From NCBI GenBank assembly GCA_964035545.1, contig OZ037769.1, positions 13,918,633-13,982,632 of the forward strand: a DNA stretch of 64,000 bases. Reading direction: 5' to 3'. Every line of letters starts with the position of its first letter. Position 1 is the first letter of the stretch. The notes beneath the pieces were generated by a model. That model was not told where the DNA came from, searched no databases, and saw only the letters and a program-made list of their open reading frames with translations. The position numbers and the translations under genes are program-made. Positions 1 through 18,200 of this stretch are shown here, in pieces. Source of the DNA: Bugula neritina. Taxonomy: Eukaryota; Animalia; Bryozoa.

Positions 1-25
1 ACTCTTGCTATACTTTACTTTCCAG

Positions 26-2338
26 GTCCTTATCAAGATGAGAGATGATGATGTGGCGGAGAACGACGACGCTGTCAAGCAGTACATGTTTGTTGCTAAC
101 GACGACCTGCCCTCAGATTTAGACAACACAATGGACACTACAGCCGTCGGGGACAGGACCACAGACAGCCTCGACCAGTCGGCTCTAGACACGAGTTCTC
201 AGGCTACCCCTGCCACCACCACCACTAACCTCGCAGACGTTACCGCGGTTACTGCTGCTGTGACCGAACCTGCTGCTTCAGTGCCTCTTTCTTCAGGTAA
301 GTTGCCAGTATACTTGTCTTCTCATAGCAATTCAAGTGTTTCATCACGCGTCTGGCGGCTGCTAACTGATTGTCACTTTCTACTTTGCAGTGAACAGCAC
401 CAGTGTTGCCCTGTCTACTAGCACGCCTAAGCCATCGCAACCAGTTGTTATCAATGTTGGGGTAAGCTCTACTTCTATTGGTCAAACGTTGCTGAGATAA
501 TTATTTCTGTACTGGTTTGAATGTAAAGTGAGTTCAGTATTTTGTAGTGCATGTAGTAGGTTATGTACTGTACCCTGTGGTCTGTTGTCACCAATTTACA
601 TTGTCGTGCCTGTGGTTATTTTTCTATGCTGTTGCTATGGTGGCATACTGTTGCTATGGTGACACACTGTTTCTATAGTCACATGCTGTTGCTATGGTGA
701 CATGTTCCCGGCATATTTACAGTCTGGTCAAGTGGTGCAGGCCCTGCAAACCACTCAGGGTATCATGTTGGTCACCCAATCAGCCACAATCACGGACAAT
801 GTCAGCAACGCAGCTGCTACTATTCTCACAGACGTTGAGCCGGCTCCCATAGCCGCCATCTCTACCCAGGCCGCTGGCGACAGCGCCGATGTTATTGCCA
901 AGGACCATGTGGCTGCTGAGGCTAGTGTACCTGCTGCTGAAGAGGCCACCCAGGTGTGTACTGCATTAGTTAGCTGCTGAGAGCTGCAGTCTCTTGCTGT
1001 GTGCTGGTGCATCCTTTACCAGAGCATGTTTAGTAGTGGGGGAAATGGTTGTATTGATGAGTTTTTTCAGTTTGTTTTTCATATTTGATCAGAATAAAAG
1101 AAAAAATCATTAAACCAAACAGATGACTATTGCAAGGCTCTATGGCACAATAGCACTGCAGATAGTCGAGGCGCACAAGCTACTTAGTTGTTGGTCCAGG
1201 GGGTGCAAGTGTATCCCCTAGTCTAGCAGGTAGATGTGTAGCAGGTTTATTTCCATAGTCACGGTACCTGCTGTATATATACCTACTTTCACACTCTATA
1301 TATATATATGTCTCTACCTACTTACTTACAGGCTGAGGTGATGACTGCTACAGTCACTCCTGACTTGGTTCAACAAGCTCTCAGTCAGACTGTACCAGAG
1401 GTCACTCAGGTCACTGCTGAGTCAGAGGCCGAGCTGGCAGCCACCACTGAAAAGGTAGGAGTAGAGTGTAACGGGGGGGGGGGACAATGTAGCCCGTCTT
1501 ACTGTTGGTTCAAAGCTACTGAGTTCTATGGCTATCTGTATAGTGTAGTCAATCTCTCCCAGTCTGTAGTAAATATTCTCAACTTTATATCTTAACATAG
1601 CCCCAGAGCAGTTGCACTCTGGTAACTTTCCTGCTATTTTTACTAAAGTCGTATTGAATGTGTTACAGTATTGATAGTATTCCACGTAGAGTGTTTAACA
1701 TATTGTGGATATATTAGAGAGTACTATAATTCTGTATTGAATGTATTATATTATAGTATATGGTATGTTAAGTATTGAATATATTATAGTATATAATGTA
1801 CTAGAGTATATATGTTGTAGTATATAATATACATGTATTGTGCTATAGTATTGCATATGTTACAGGAGACCATGGCCAAGGATACCGTCATAAACACCAC
1901 TTCTGAACTGACTGATAGTCTACCAGCCAGACTCTTGGCTACAGAAGAAGTTGACCAGGTAAATCTATTGAGATAGTATGGGGGGGGGGGCTTGTTTGTA
2001 GCGGGCAGACAATTTCTCACTATCTGAATGAATAGCAACCTTACACATTGGTTTTTACTGTACAGCTGCAAAGCTCCTGTTTTTGAGATAACGAAGCTAT
2101 GAGTTTCTGAACTGATGTGTGCTAACAGAATAAGATGCCCTCTTCATACTGTAATAAAACTACTGCTGTCGTTTTTCTATAGTTAAATGGGAATAATGCT
2201 GTCACAGTGTCGAATGTAGCTGCATACACCATGATAAAAATGTTAAATGTTGCTATCAAGTATTGTGTTTGTTTGCAGACCAACGGGGAAGTTGTGGAAA
2301 CGTATTACATCAAAGACCTGCAAACAAATGGAGAATAA
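26..2338 (+). CDS. 3' part of an unidentified gene encoding a low-complexity Thr/Ala/Ser/acidic protein (5' end outside the window)
   Basis: Exons 26-296, 391-461, 723-953, 1332-1454, 1866-1958 and 2279-2338 all have AG/GT boundaries and compatible phases. The frame ends ...VVETYYIKDLQTNGE-TAA, with AATAAA at about 2701. No recognisable domain. Confidence 0.75.
625..703. repeat. about 19-bp intronic minisatellite (CATGCTGTTGCTATGGTGA-like)
   Basis: About 4 degenerate tandem copies just upstream of the acceptor at 722. Confidence 0.7.
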
Positions 2339-2893
2339 CTCCGCTATCTTCAGGCCTCACTATCTCTACTCTCTATTTACAAGTGTAGAGTGTTGCCTTG
2401 CTTACTTCACTGTATATATTATTTGCCTTGTTACAACAGCACCACACTGTTTGAAGGATGGGTGTCTCCACCTCCCCCCCCTCTCTTAGTTTACCCGCTG
2501 TGTCAGCAGAAGTATTGCTCTTACTCCTGCGCTGTCATGTGGCTGTCTAGGTTGCTGTATTTAATGCATGTTGGGACTGAAGACATACTAGTAACAAAGA
2601 CTTATTTGTATATCATAACCTCATTGTATGTATAAACTTATATTATGCAATTGCTTTACTATGACATATTCATTATACTGTACTTTTTCTAAAATGTTGT
2701 AATAAAATAAAGTGTAATACCAGCCTGTAGCGTTTTGTTTTTAAATGATCTGCATTTTCTTCATGCGTAGAGTCAGTGATGATTACATTTATATGGGTTT
2801 TCCTGTGCACTTCACATTGAAATCTGCTATTAAAATGAGGATGTATTTGAATGATAAATGTCAGATGGTTAGTAATTGTTGTAGAGTGTAAAT

Positions 2894-3109
2894 CAGGGTG
2901 GGCAACTTGTTTTACATGAAGACCAAGTTAAGTCGGCCAAAACGAAGGGCCACATGATTGTACACATATTTACGAAATTAAGTCTTATTATGATGAAGTA
3001 ATTTGTCACCAAACCTATACTGTACTAATCAGAAGGCATACAACACCATTTTCTTATCTCAAGCATTAATAGGACCACTGACAAATGGGCCCCCAGTTGT
3101 CCACCCCTG
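2894..3109. mobile_element. degenerate hAT-like MITE
   Basis: Termini CAGGG-TGGGCAAC ... GTTGTCCACCCCTG are imperfect TIRs of the CAGGGGTG type. The 8-bp flanks GTGTAAAT and CTGTAGGT are only partly similar. Confidence 0.5.
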
Positions 3110-3369
3110 CTGTAGGTAATATGATATAACTGATCAATTTTTAGCTCTGCACATGTAAATACTGTAAATCACAAAACATCATTATTTGCAACTTTATTGA
3201 GAAAAATTTATAAAGTGAGTTTAAGGAATAAGAAATTCTATTCTGTAGGTACATCAATGAAACAGGAAGCCAATTTTGCACCTCAAATTCGTAAAATAAA
3301 TATATGCTCTGAAAAAAAACTTTCCACCAATCATAAACAAAAATATACTTATTTGAGAAGAGAAATTAT

Positions 3370-4227
3370 TTACTTATTGCTGCCAGTCAAATATCCATAA
3401 ACGATGCCCCCTAAATGACAAGCGTGATTAAAAACCCTCCATCCGGCTAGCAGGCCACACGTATCGAATCCAACGACACACCAGAATGCTGTAGTAGCTG
3501 AGAAACTGTGTGGTATGATTTGATCGACAAAAGCTACTGAAAATCTTGCCTCTGGAAATTTAGCAATAGTGTATCCTATAAGGCCAAGTATAGCACCAGA
3601 TGCGCCTAGAGATTTGCCAGCATATTGAGGTTGTAATACTGCCCTAAAATACCCAGCTAGAGACGCCACCAGTCCACCTGTAGTGTACAAGTGTAAGAAT
3701 GAGTAAGGGTCTGAAGTAACTCGGGCTACAGAGAGCAAAACGTACATATTAGCAGCAATATGCAGGACACTCATGTGACTGTATGTTGACCCCAGCATGG
3801 AGAGAACCTTTGATTTACCGTATACGTCTGACAACATGTATCTCTGTAGAACCGTTGCTAGTCTAGGAGCACTGCCAGAATTGGCTAGCTGCCATAACAA
3901 AAATATCGAAGCATTGATGGCAACAATTCCAGTTAGCAAATTCAGATCTGGAAAAGTTGCATGAGTTGACTTTCGAAAATAAGCAAATCTGTTTTGTTTT
4001 TTATATTCTTCAGCCAAATAGTAAGTGCCAGCGCCTACAGATAATGTGAAGATTGTTGGTGTTATCAGCAATGTCATTCGCTGCCCTAAAGAAGACTCTC
4101 TAGATATTTCATAGCTGCGATTTGATTGAAGAGTTTTTTTAGACCTCTGTAATGTTGATCGAAAGTTTATTGATTTTGGAAAGAGTCTCTGACATCTTGT
4201 GATTTGTGAAAGTGTTGATAACATCAT
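3370..4227 (-). CDS. PARL: PARL-type mitochondrial rhomboid intramembrane serine protease, single coding exon, about 285 aa
   Basis: Basic Ser/Arg-rich N-terminus (mitochondrial presequence-like), multiple TM segments, SHMSVLHIAANMYVL, catalytic SLGASGA, DTCGLLAGW and HACHLGG, all PARL-typical motifs. Minus-strand AATAAA at 3193-3198; probable 5'UTR intron acceptor at 4271-4272. Confidence 0.88.
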   Translation of the reverse strand: MMLSTLSQITRCQRLFPKSINFRSTLQRSKKTLQSNRSYEISRESSLGQRMTLLITPTIFTLSVGAGTYYLAEEYKKQNRFAYFRKSTHATFPDLNLLTGIVAINASIFLLWQLANSGSAPRLATVLQRYMLSDVYGKSKVLSMLGSTYSHMSVLHIAANMYVLLSVARVTSDPYSFLHLYTTGGLVASLAGYFRAVLQPQYAGKSLGASGAILGLIGYTIAKFPEARFSVAFVDQIIPHSFSATTAFWCVVGFDTCGLLAGWRVFNHACHLGGIVYGYLTGSNK

Positions 4228-5129
4228 CAAATGGTCTGTTAGTTACTTATTATGAGGAGAAATCAATTCTCTGCAAAAGAAATTCAGTACATTTCTTACT
4301 ATGACAATATCTTTTACCTTGACTTTTATCATCAATTTTACAGTCATTTAGCTTTAAATCTCTACCCGTGTCATTAACATTAGTTACAAGAACAATGATG
4401 CCAATAGAGAAACTTATGCATATGAATTACAAGCTTTATATGTTAAATTATATCGGTACTTATTATACTCGGACACAATACTGCCCCAATTGTAGCAGTA
4501 TTTGCTCATTTTAGATGCATAGCAGTAAACTAACCGCTTTAGTAAAAGTAAAATTGTGGCCAGGCAAAATGCATACACCTCATTCCTACCCTGACAACTT
4601 ATAACTATTATTAAACATAATCAATATAATATAATAATATAAACAATCATATTTTGTCAAAAATAAAGACAGCATAATCTGTAGCATGACGCAATTGCAG
4701 ATTTGGGTAGAAATCATTTTTAATACCTAGCACCTAAAACTCCTTGACTAGAGTTTACTTGCTAAAATCATTGGCTTGACTTAGTTAGCTTAATTTATTT
4801 GATTAATTTATTGCAACTCATTAAAACTAGGAGAGTACAAAATTTTTCGAATTTAATATTCAACCTTCACAGCTATAGCAAATTAAAAACACATCATAAT
4901 CACTTGCAACAATCATGATGATTTATGTAACACTAATCTGACTCTGAGCAATAATTATCAGTAACGACAATTGGTATAATCGAGTCTTTGCAAATCAATT
5001 CAAATACAAATTCAAATTGGCTTGATTTTGCCTGTATCACTATCACTATCAGTGTGTGCATGGAAATTAGCATCCGTACACTTATTCTTAAGGTAAGTTC
5101 ATATTTAGTCTTATTCTAACTCTCAGTCT

Positions 5130-6450
5130 TACATTTATACCATGCAACTTAGAGTCATACTGATACTCATAGTCATAGTGATACTGATAGTCAGTCACAA
5201 TGTCATACTTAAACTTATAGAAATACTAATATTAATAGTGGGTCATATTTATACTTATAGTATTAGTTATACCGATACTCAATATCATACTTATACTAAA
5301 ACAGTAATACTAATACTAATAGTAATAGTTATAGTTATAGTAACACCAACTGCATTGAATTTGATAGGCTACTAACTCTAAGTCTAATCCGTAATCGTCC
5401 TACTGATAGTGATAGTCATAGTGATACTGAGGCTGATAGTGAAACTCACACTGATACTCATACAGTGATACTGGTACGGATACTGAATCTGCTACTTACA
5501 CTTACAGTGATACTGATACTCATACTGATAGTGATACTCATACTCATACTGAGTCTGAGAGTGAGTCTGATGACTGATGCTGAGCCTGGTGGTCATACTG
5601 ATACTGATACTCATCAGTCATCATAGTGACTACTACTACCACTAGCACTACTAGACCTAGTAGTAGTCCTAATCCTAGTACTTGAAATACATTTGAAAAT
5701 AATTTGTCTACGTTCAAATCATGGCTTGACAAGCTCTTAAATTGACTTGCAGTCAACTCGACCCGGCGAGAAGTTACACTATATTATAGACGTAAACTTT
5801 TGTAGCGGAAGCGGTTAAGAATGAATACAATGCTGCACGCTAGAAAATTAGCCTTCTGTCCATTTTAGTACTCGGCATTTAAATGATAACTTGTACCAAA
5901 TAAAGGATCATTTCATACAAAAAACGTGCAACAGCGATCAAACCAGTGATAATTTCTCTTTATTCTAATGAAATCATATTTTATAATTATTAGACGTCAC
6001 TGTCCTGCGTTCATATGCTGCTAACTGCAAGTTGAGTTGGTAGCATCCACTTGCAGAATTACCACAACTACTACTACTACTACTAGTGACTAGTAAAGCT
6101 GCCATAAGGTAAAGGCTATCCTTACAATCTTGTGACTTTCATGTTTACAAAGCTTTCACTTAGTCCAACACTAAGGAGCTACGTTGTTCCGGCACACATA
6201 ACTCATAAGACAGTTATCATAAGTTTAAAATAAAATCGAAATGACAGCATCAGCATGACCATCGGCATAACAAATACAATTGACTTTGAATTTGGATACT
6301 TATACCCATGCTGCATACGCCATACTGATAGTGATAGTGATGGTGCTACTCCGTATGAGTATGATACTGATGGTGATAGTCATAGTGATAGTGATAGTAT
6401 CTTACAGTTACTCATAGTCATAATGATAATCATAATGATCATGATGGTGC
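5130..6450. repeat. degenerate hexamer low-complexity tracts (CATACT/GATAGT/GATACT)
   Basis: Tracts at about 5130-5680 and about 6320-6450; they generate the spurious Ile/Val-rich ORFs. Confidence 0.7.
5760..5830. promoter_or_regulatory. candidate bidirectional promoter core between the divergent PARL and GCSH genes
   Basis: Local CpG-containing patch with an ETS/GABP-like GCGGAAGCGG (about 5805-5814), flanked by hexamer-repeat tracts and candidate outward-facing splice donors. Position inferred; no transcript data. Confidence 0.35.
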
Positions 6451-7651
6451 ATGGCCATGAGCATTTAATTTTCATTTTGTGACCAATTGAAATTCAAATT
6501 CAACTTGATTCAAATTGAAATTTGCTTTTAGTTTTGCTTTTACTCGCAGGTAAAGAAGTTGATCTGTTGCTGCAATCTAGGCGTAAGCCTATGCTTTAGC
6601 ATGTATTTGTAAACATTTTTTTAGTTTTCAGGTAGTAGACTTGCCTAATTTTGATTTAATAATTACTAATAGTTATTATTAGTTATTAGGCCTATTTTAC
6701 GGCCATTAGTAAGGTAGTTTATATGTAAAATTAATAATCTTTGTGCACTTAGAGTTAAAGTGGTACTAATGGTCATAGTTTATAGATATATGGTTCATAC
6801 TTTTCATAGCTATTAGTATTACTTTAAGGCTAAGTAATACTGTTTATAGTAGTACTAATTAATACTCATACTGTTAGTAGACGTGGTAAGTAGCTCTTTC
6901 ATCTACAACAATTAATATTACAGCAACTTTATCAGTATAATGAAGTTACAATTAGTATAATAAATAACTATAATAAATTTCAACTAAGATTAATTGCTAA
7001 TAGTATTAGATTTGGAATTAGGCCTCTTTTGGTATGTTTTATTTTTTAGTCTAGTTATACTTATTATAAATGGGGCTATAGTGTTAGTGCTACTCTATTT
7101 GAAAGGATTGGGCAAACTAACCTTAATATGAGTGATTTCTTTTAAGTGACTTTCATTGTATATAACACAATGCCAGTTACATAAAATGACATTGGAGTCG
7201 ACTAAAACATCTATGAAAATGTCAATTTAATAACCAGTCTGGTTTTAAGCTACTTATAGATGTCTATAGCACATTTATTATCCAGCAATTGTGATGGTAC
7301 TAATCCAAATTAGGAGTAATATTAACATTTTCTTAATAAAATTTAACTTCGTTTTAACTATTTAACAGCATTGGTAATTTTCCATGACACTAAGTTTTTT
7401 TAGATAGTATATCAAATCTACATACCAAATTACAGTGTGATGCAGCCTCACAGCTGCTCAAGTTGCATACCATTGTTGCTCTTACAGTCTTTCCTTTATA
7501 GCTTTGCTGTAAATAGCATGAATTGAAATACAAGAAAAATGCTACTTGAGTTTGCCTGTTTTATATCTACATTTGAAAACATTTTGGTAATTGTTTGCTT
7601 CTGTTTGTAGTTTTGGAACTTTCGGAGACAAGAAAGCCTCCTAAAATAAGT

Positions 7652-12545
<4,894 letters not shown>

Positions 12546-13246
12546 ATATTATAGAGCAATGCGGGGTTGGCAGATCTGATTAACTATCATAGAATCACCT
12601 CTTAGAACTTACAATCTGACTATATTATATTATATACATTATATACACAGACTCCATATTCTCACACTTACAGTGCATAAGAACTTGGGCTAGCCTTTGA
12701 TTCCCCTTTATGGTTCATGGTGCTACGCTATGTCTACAAGGTTTTAATTTTTGAATTGCCTTGGCGTGTTATTATCAGTTTTTTACTTAAAACATATTTT
12801 CTCTTGCCAATAAAATTTTAAACCACCATTATTTTAAAAGAACTCATGCCACACATTTCTAAAACTATTGGCTCTGCTATATTTCCATCATTGAATGTAC
12901 ACATAGCTATCGTCATAGAGTGGATAACTCCTCAAAGGTCTTCACACATGACTGGTCATAGCTTAGGATGTTATGTTGGGGTTGTCTACACACTGCCAAG
13001 TTTTCACTATTATATTGTGAAGTTACTTCAGCCCTAAGCCAAAAGCACTTCCAAAAGCAAAAAATACTGTCATGAAGCACATTATTCCTTCTGCTTCTAC
13101 TGATTATCAGCTGAGTTGGAGCAATTCTTTTGAGCTCTTTCAATCCTCTCAGGTTCTCTCTCCTATTCATGCTTATTAACAGTTGGCTAATTTACAGTTA
13201 GCAAATAATCTTGGAGCAACATTTTGAAAGATGCTCAGTGGGAGGA

Positions 13247-13307
13247 GCAACACAACTGGCAACACAACTGGCAACACAACTGGCAACACAACTGGCAACA
13301 CAACTGG
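13247..13307. repeat. 12-bp tandem repeat GCAACACAACTG x5
   Basis: Perfect tandem copies. Confidence 0.9.
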
Positions 13308-15230
13308 TATAACCAGCAAATACTTGGCCGATGCCATCATTAAGATTTTAGTTCATTAGCAGCTATGCAGTAATCGTGTTTTGTTTGTTTGTGTTTTGGG
13401 TTGATCATACTTTCAATTCACTTAGTTGACTAGAGACACTAGTGAAGATAATTTGATATGCAATTTAAAATATTTAATTGTAATACTAGAAAATAATGTT
13501 TTAATTTATCAGTTTGAACTAACAATGTTATATGCTTCAAGGAGAATTTGGTTTATAGCTAGGATGTTGATCAAAATTGCATAAAGTTGACTGTAATACT
13601 AGATATGATAATTATACTGTTGGTCATTGTGATATAGCTAGCATTTAACTCAGTTTGACTCTATCTGTTGGATCAACTTCACTCAGTTTCTTTGTTTCCA
13701 GAAAGCAAATAAGTGGTTTACCATTCATTGCAGTTTTGAATACCAATATTGCTGATGTGCTATTTTAAGATTCCCTCGCACATTTCAAAACTAGTTTCTT
13801 ACAGATTGCTCATATTATATTAGCAAACATCGAATCATTTTTGTGTCACAAGAAAATTTAATAATTATTGGTGGTGTGAAATGCAGGAATTAATTCACAT
13901 GGCAATTGTTTGAGGTTTGCTCAGGTTTGGTGATTTTACAAGACTTGCCTTGGTTGCGAATTCGAAAAATCCACTGTTCATTTTATACTAAAAATAGAGC
14001 AGAATGCTAGGATGTATTCAATAAGAATTATATTATCAACTATTTGGATATTTGAAGTGGTTGAAGTATCAGTATATATAGACTTGCAGCTTATTAAACG
14101 TGTTCCCTATATTATACTAAAAACTTTTGTCTGTTTCATTAGAATTAGCCTGTATGTAGGGTGTTTACCCCCCCCCCTTCTAAAACCACCAAAGCTCTGC
14201 CACCCTCAGTGTATGCACTGGAACAAACTGACCAATAAAGAGCCTCCAGCAATCTAAGATTTTATTGGCCTTTAAGATAAGATAAAAAAATTGTTGAAGG
14301 AGATACTGTAGGTGGAGCTTCTGTTAATGCTTCTGGCTATCTAGGGGTGTAGAAAAAATTGATGTTTTTCTGGGGGGGTTTGAACTAGACTCTTCCAACA
14401 ATATTTACTATTTTATTGTCTACTGTTTTCTTTCTTTAAAGTTGTATCCACTGCTCCATGTCTTTACACGTAACATTTAATTATAAGTTTTAAACCTTTT
14501 AATTTAGAATGTTTGCTTTCTAACTATACACTCCTTTGTGATGGTTTTAAAGTCTCAAAATTCCAAACTCTATCATAGTTATAATATTTAAGTGGTGGCT
14601 TGTAGTACAGGTAGATAAAGGGAGGTTCACATAACATGTTATTAGCTGTTACAGTGTAGTAGTGTAAAGACTTGCAGAGAGCTGTTATTCCATACTACAC
14701 AAGCTAAATTATTCTGGAGCTCTTTTTCATCTATTCCAAGAGGTATGTTGATACATTTGTGTGAGAAATGTAAACATACTTTAAGAACTATAACTGGTTT
14801 ACTTGAAACTCTATTAAGATTATACTTCTCCTTTTACTTCACTTTTACCTGTCATGCTATTATTAAAACGATTTTTCCCCCAAAAATATCAAAAGTTTCT
14901 ATATTTTTGCTTTTAATATTGCACAAAGTAAATGTTACAGGATTATCATGGTGTAAATTTTTCATAAACCAGTTGCATTTTATTTTTAAATAGAAATTTC
15001 ATAAAATTAAAATTTGTTATTACCATAATTATAAATTAATAGTGTAACTTCGGAAAACAGTCAAACTTAGGGTCAACTTCATCATGTTCCATAAACCTCT
15101 ACAGCATTTCATTGACCACCACAGTATTTCATTGATCTCTTCTGTATTTCATAGACCATCCCTGTGTTTGCTGAAAGTCTAGTACAGAGTAAAAGAATTA
15201 ATCCTGTGATTTTATTACCAAGTGGATACA

Positions 15231-18200
15231 ATGAGTTCTAAAGAAGAAGAAACTAAAGGAGATGTTAAGTTAAAAGAAGACACCCCAGTGAGTGTTTCTA
15301 ATAGATTAATAGCCAACTCATATAATATTATGTGTAATTAATTACTTATACTTATAGCATCTCTTTATTTTCATTCTCCTAATTCTAAGTAAAGGCCTGG
15401 CCTCACGAAATCGTGTGACGGTTTTCGTGAGTTATCCTTTTGTTTTGACCAGCCACACACATAATAAATAGTCAGTGAATGAGTCTTGCACGAGGTACAA
15501 ACAGCAGAAAATTGCCAAATAGAGAAATGTGGTAGAAATGAAATAATTACTGTTGCTAAAATTCTATGAACCAATCAAATGGTACTTATCGTCGATTGTA
15601 ATTTTTTGTTCATCGTCTTCGTTGGGTGTACGTAACAAAGACGATTTCGTTTGAATTCCCTCAAATTTTCTCGTAAGAATGTTTTTTTCGTGTCAAATAG
15701 ACATAGACGAATTCTTGTGATTCTCAGGATTGTGAGGCCAGGCCTTTAGGGATAAAGTAATAAATGTAACCCATGTCCCTCATGGGTCACCAAACTGCTA
15801 TCCTTTTCGTACACAAAATGAATAAGCTAATCCACTGGATAACCACTTGAATAATACTAGTTCTTTATTTATTGCATCTCAGCTGTGTTTTTCCCAACAT
15901 GTTTTTAAAACATGAATTATATGTAAACCAAAAGAGCAGTCCCCCCAACCCCCAACCCCCCCCCCAACGTATCACAATAATAAATAAGCATGCAGTAAAA
16001 TGAAATGTACAAGTTACTAATACTTGTGAGTAGTAGTGTATGACTCATACATGAAATATAAATATAAAAATATGTATTATTTAGTTTATTTATACTGATG
16101 TACATGTACGAAACTACCTACCAGATGTAACGGAAGTGAGTACAAAACGACCTTCACCTGTCCCCCACCAATACCAGTTTTAAGTTTTTAAACAAGTTTT
16201 TTACAAGTTTTACTTGCCAATGCAGCTGGAATTTCTACATCATTAGCATTATATTAGTGACGCTTAGGATGTCTATTAGCGCTTTATTTATCTATTTAAT
16301 TGTTTTTTAGTAATTAGAGCTTTTCTTGCACTTGCTTACTGGCTTTTATACACCTGATACAAGTACATCAAGTAGACCAAGTGCTGTAACACAGGTGGCA
16401 CTCTCTAACAATACTACTTAGTAAATGGACATTGTATACTTATAAAAATAGATAATAATGTAATTATTATAATAACTTATCATAATAATGCTTATTTAGT
16501 AAAATAAGCAGTAATGTACTGTAAATAACATAACTTAAATAAGTATAGTCTGTTATCATGTTCTTTGATTAACAAAAACTATTACCTAATACTAAAAATT
16601 ATCCTAAACTTTATTTCTTTGTTGTTACTTCTAGAATTCAGAAATGTTTAATGTAGACTGCATGTGGACTGTTTTCCTTGAGTAAACCTGTATTTATGTA
16701 GAATAACTTCACAAGCTTATAAGTGCTGTAACCTGCAATCATAATGCATAGGGATACTCAACTAGTAATTTGCCATCTGACAGTATAGAATGTAGTTGAC
16801 ATGATGCTATGGTGGAGTTGACACTATCTGGCAGTTAGAGCAGGTGCCCATCCTCTACAAGCATGCACATCATGAACTGATCCAAAATGTCTACATGGCC
16901 ATTTTTTGACATGAAACACTGTTGACATAATCTGTAGTTTAATGAATAGTTGAAAGAAAAAAGTTAGTCTTAGCTATTAAAATGTTTTCAAAGTTATCAT
17001 AAATGGCAAAGTATGAGTTTATAGTTAGTCTTAATTACTATTTCATTGTTATTCTACTGTCTCCTTTTGAAGATGTTATTACGTCATAAGTGTATTGCTC
17101 TACTTTGAACATAGATGCTAAGATCAACTGTAACTTATTGTTTTAAACTCAGTTCTACACTTCAATGGGCTATATATGCAGTCTATCTGGAATGACACCC
17201 AGTTATTGTGTCTTTCAAAAAGTTGGATGTTCAACCAACACTACAAACTAAGACACATAACGCCAATATAACTAATAGTTATAATATGGGTTTAAATGCT
17301 TTGCATATAAATGTAATTCAAAATGCAACATTATAAGGCATACTATGCATTATTTTAGTTGAACATGGTCAATATTACATAAATTGCATTCAGAAAAAGG
17401 CTGTTTCTTTCTATGACAAAGATTTTAATATTGGTTTTGTAACCAACTTGATGGTAAAACCTATTGCTGGTCATTTCTTTTAAAAATATAAGTATTTCAT
17501 GTATTATTGGCTATCTCTAAGCATTGGCCAGATGGTTAAAATATTGCATAATTTTCAGTTGCATTTAGTAACAAATTGACAAATACTATTCTAGCTGTGA
17601 TAACTGGAGTTGTCTTCCTATCTGGGAAATGCTTTTCAAAAGAACAAGTATATTGTAGGTAAAGTCATTGTCCTCTGAGGACAGCGTATCAACAGAGAAT
17701 GCTGCTGACAGCTCCGGTGTGGGTCTCCAGAGAACCGTCAGTCTGATGGGGGGAGTGGCACTCATTGCTGGCACTATGATAGGTGAGTGAATTAGTACAG
17801 TGTACTGTGCTAGTATGTAGAGGTACAGTAGGTAGAATTTCAATAGCCTAAGCTCTCAAATGTTCTTTACGAGTTTTGGTTTGAGACTATGTTATGCATG
17901 TACTTAGTTTCTAGATTCTTTATAATTATAGACTTGGTTCTTAGATTTTGTTATACATACAACTCATTTGTAGGTTCGGGTATCTTCGTCTCCCCCAAAG
18001 GAGTGCTGGAAGATACCGGCTCTGTAGGCCTCAGTCTAGTTATATGGACAGCCTGTGGTCTCCTCTCAATGCTCGGTGAGATGAGATGCTATCCTATCAA
18101 CCTCAGCCATTTATGTACCTTTTAGTGAAGTTTCATTAAAATACTAATTACTAATACTTATTACTTTTAAAATTAATAACTCAATCAGTGAATAGAGACA

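Noticed and set aside
5142-6482. Hydrophobic Ile/Val-rich ORFs
   Set aside because: Translations of hexamer low-complexity tracts.
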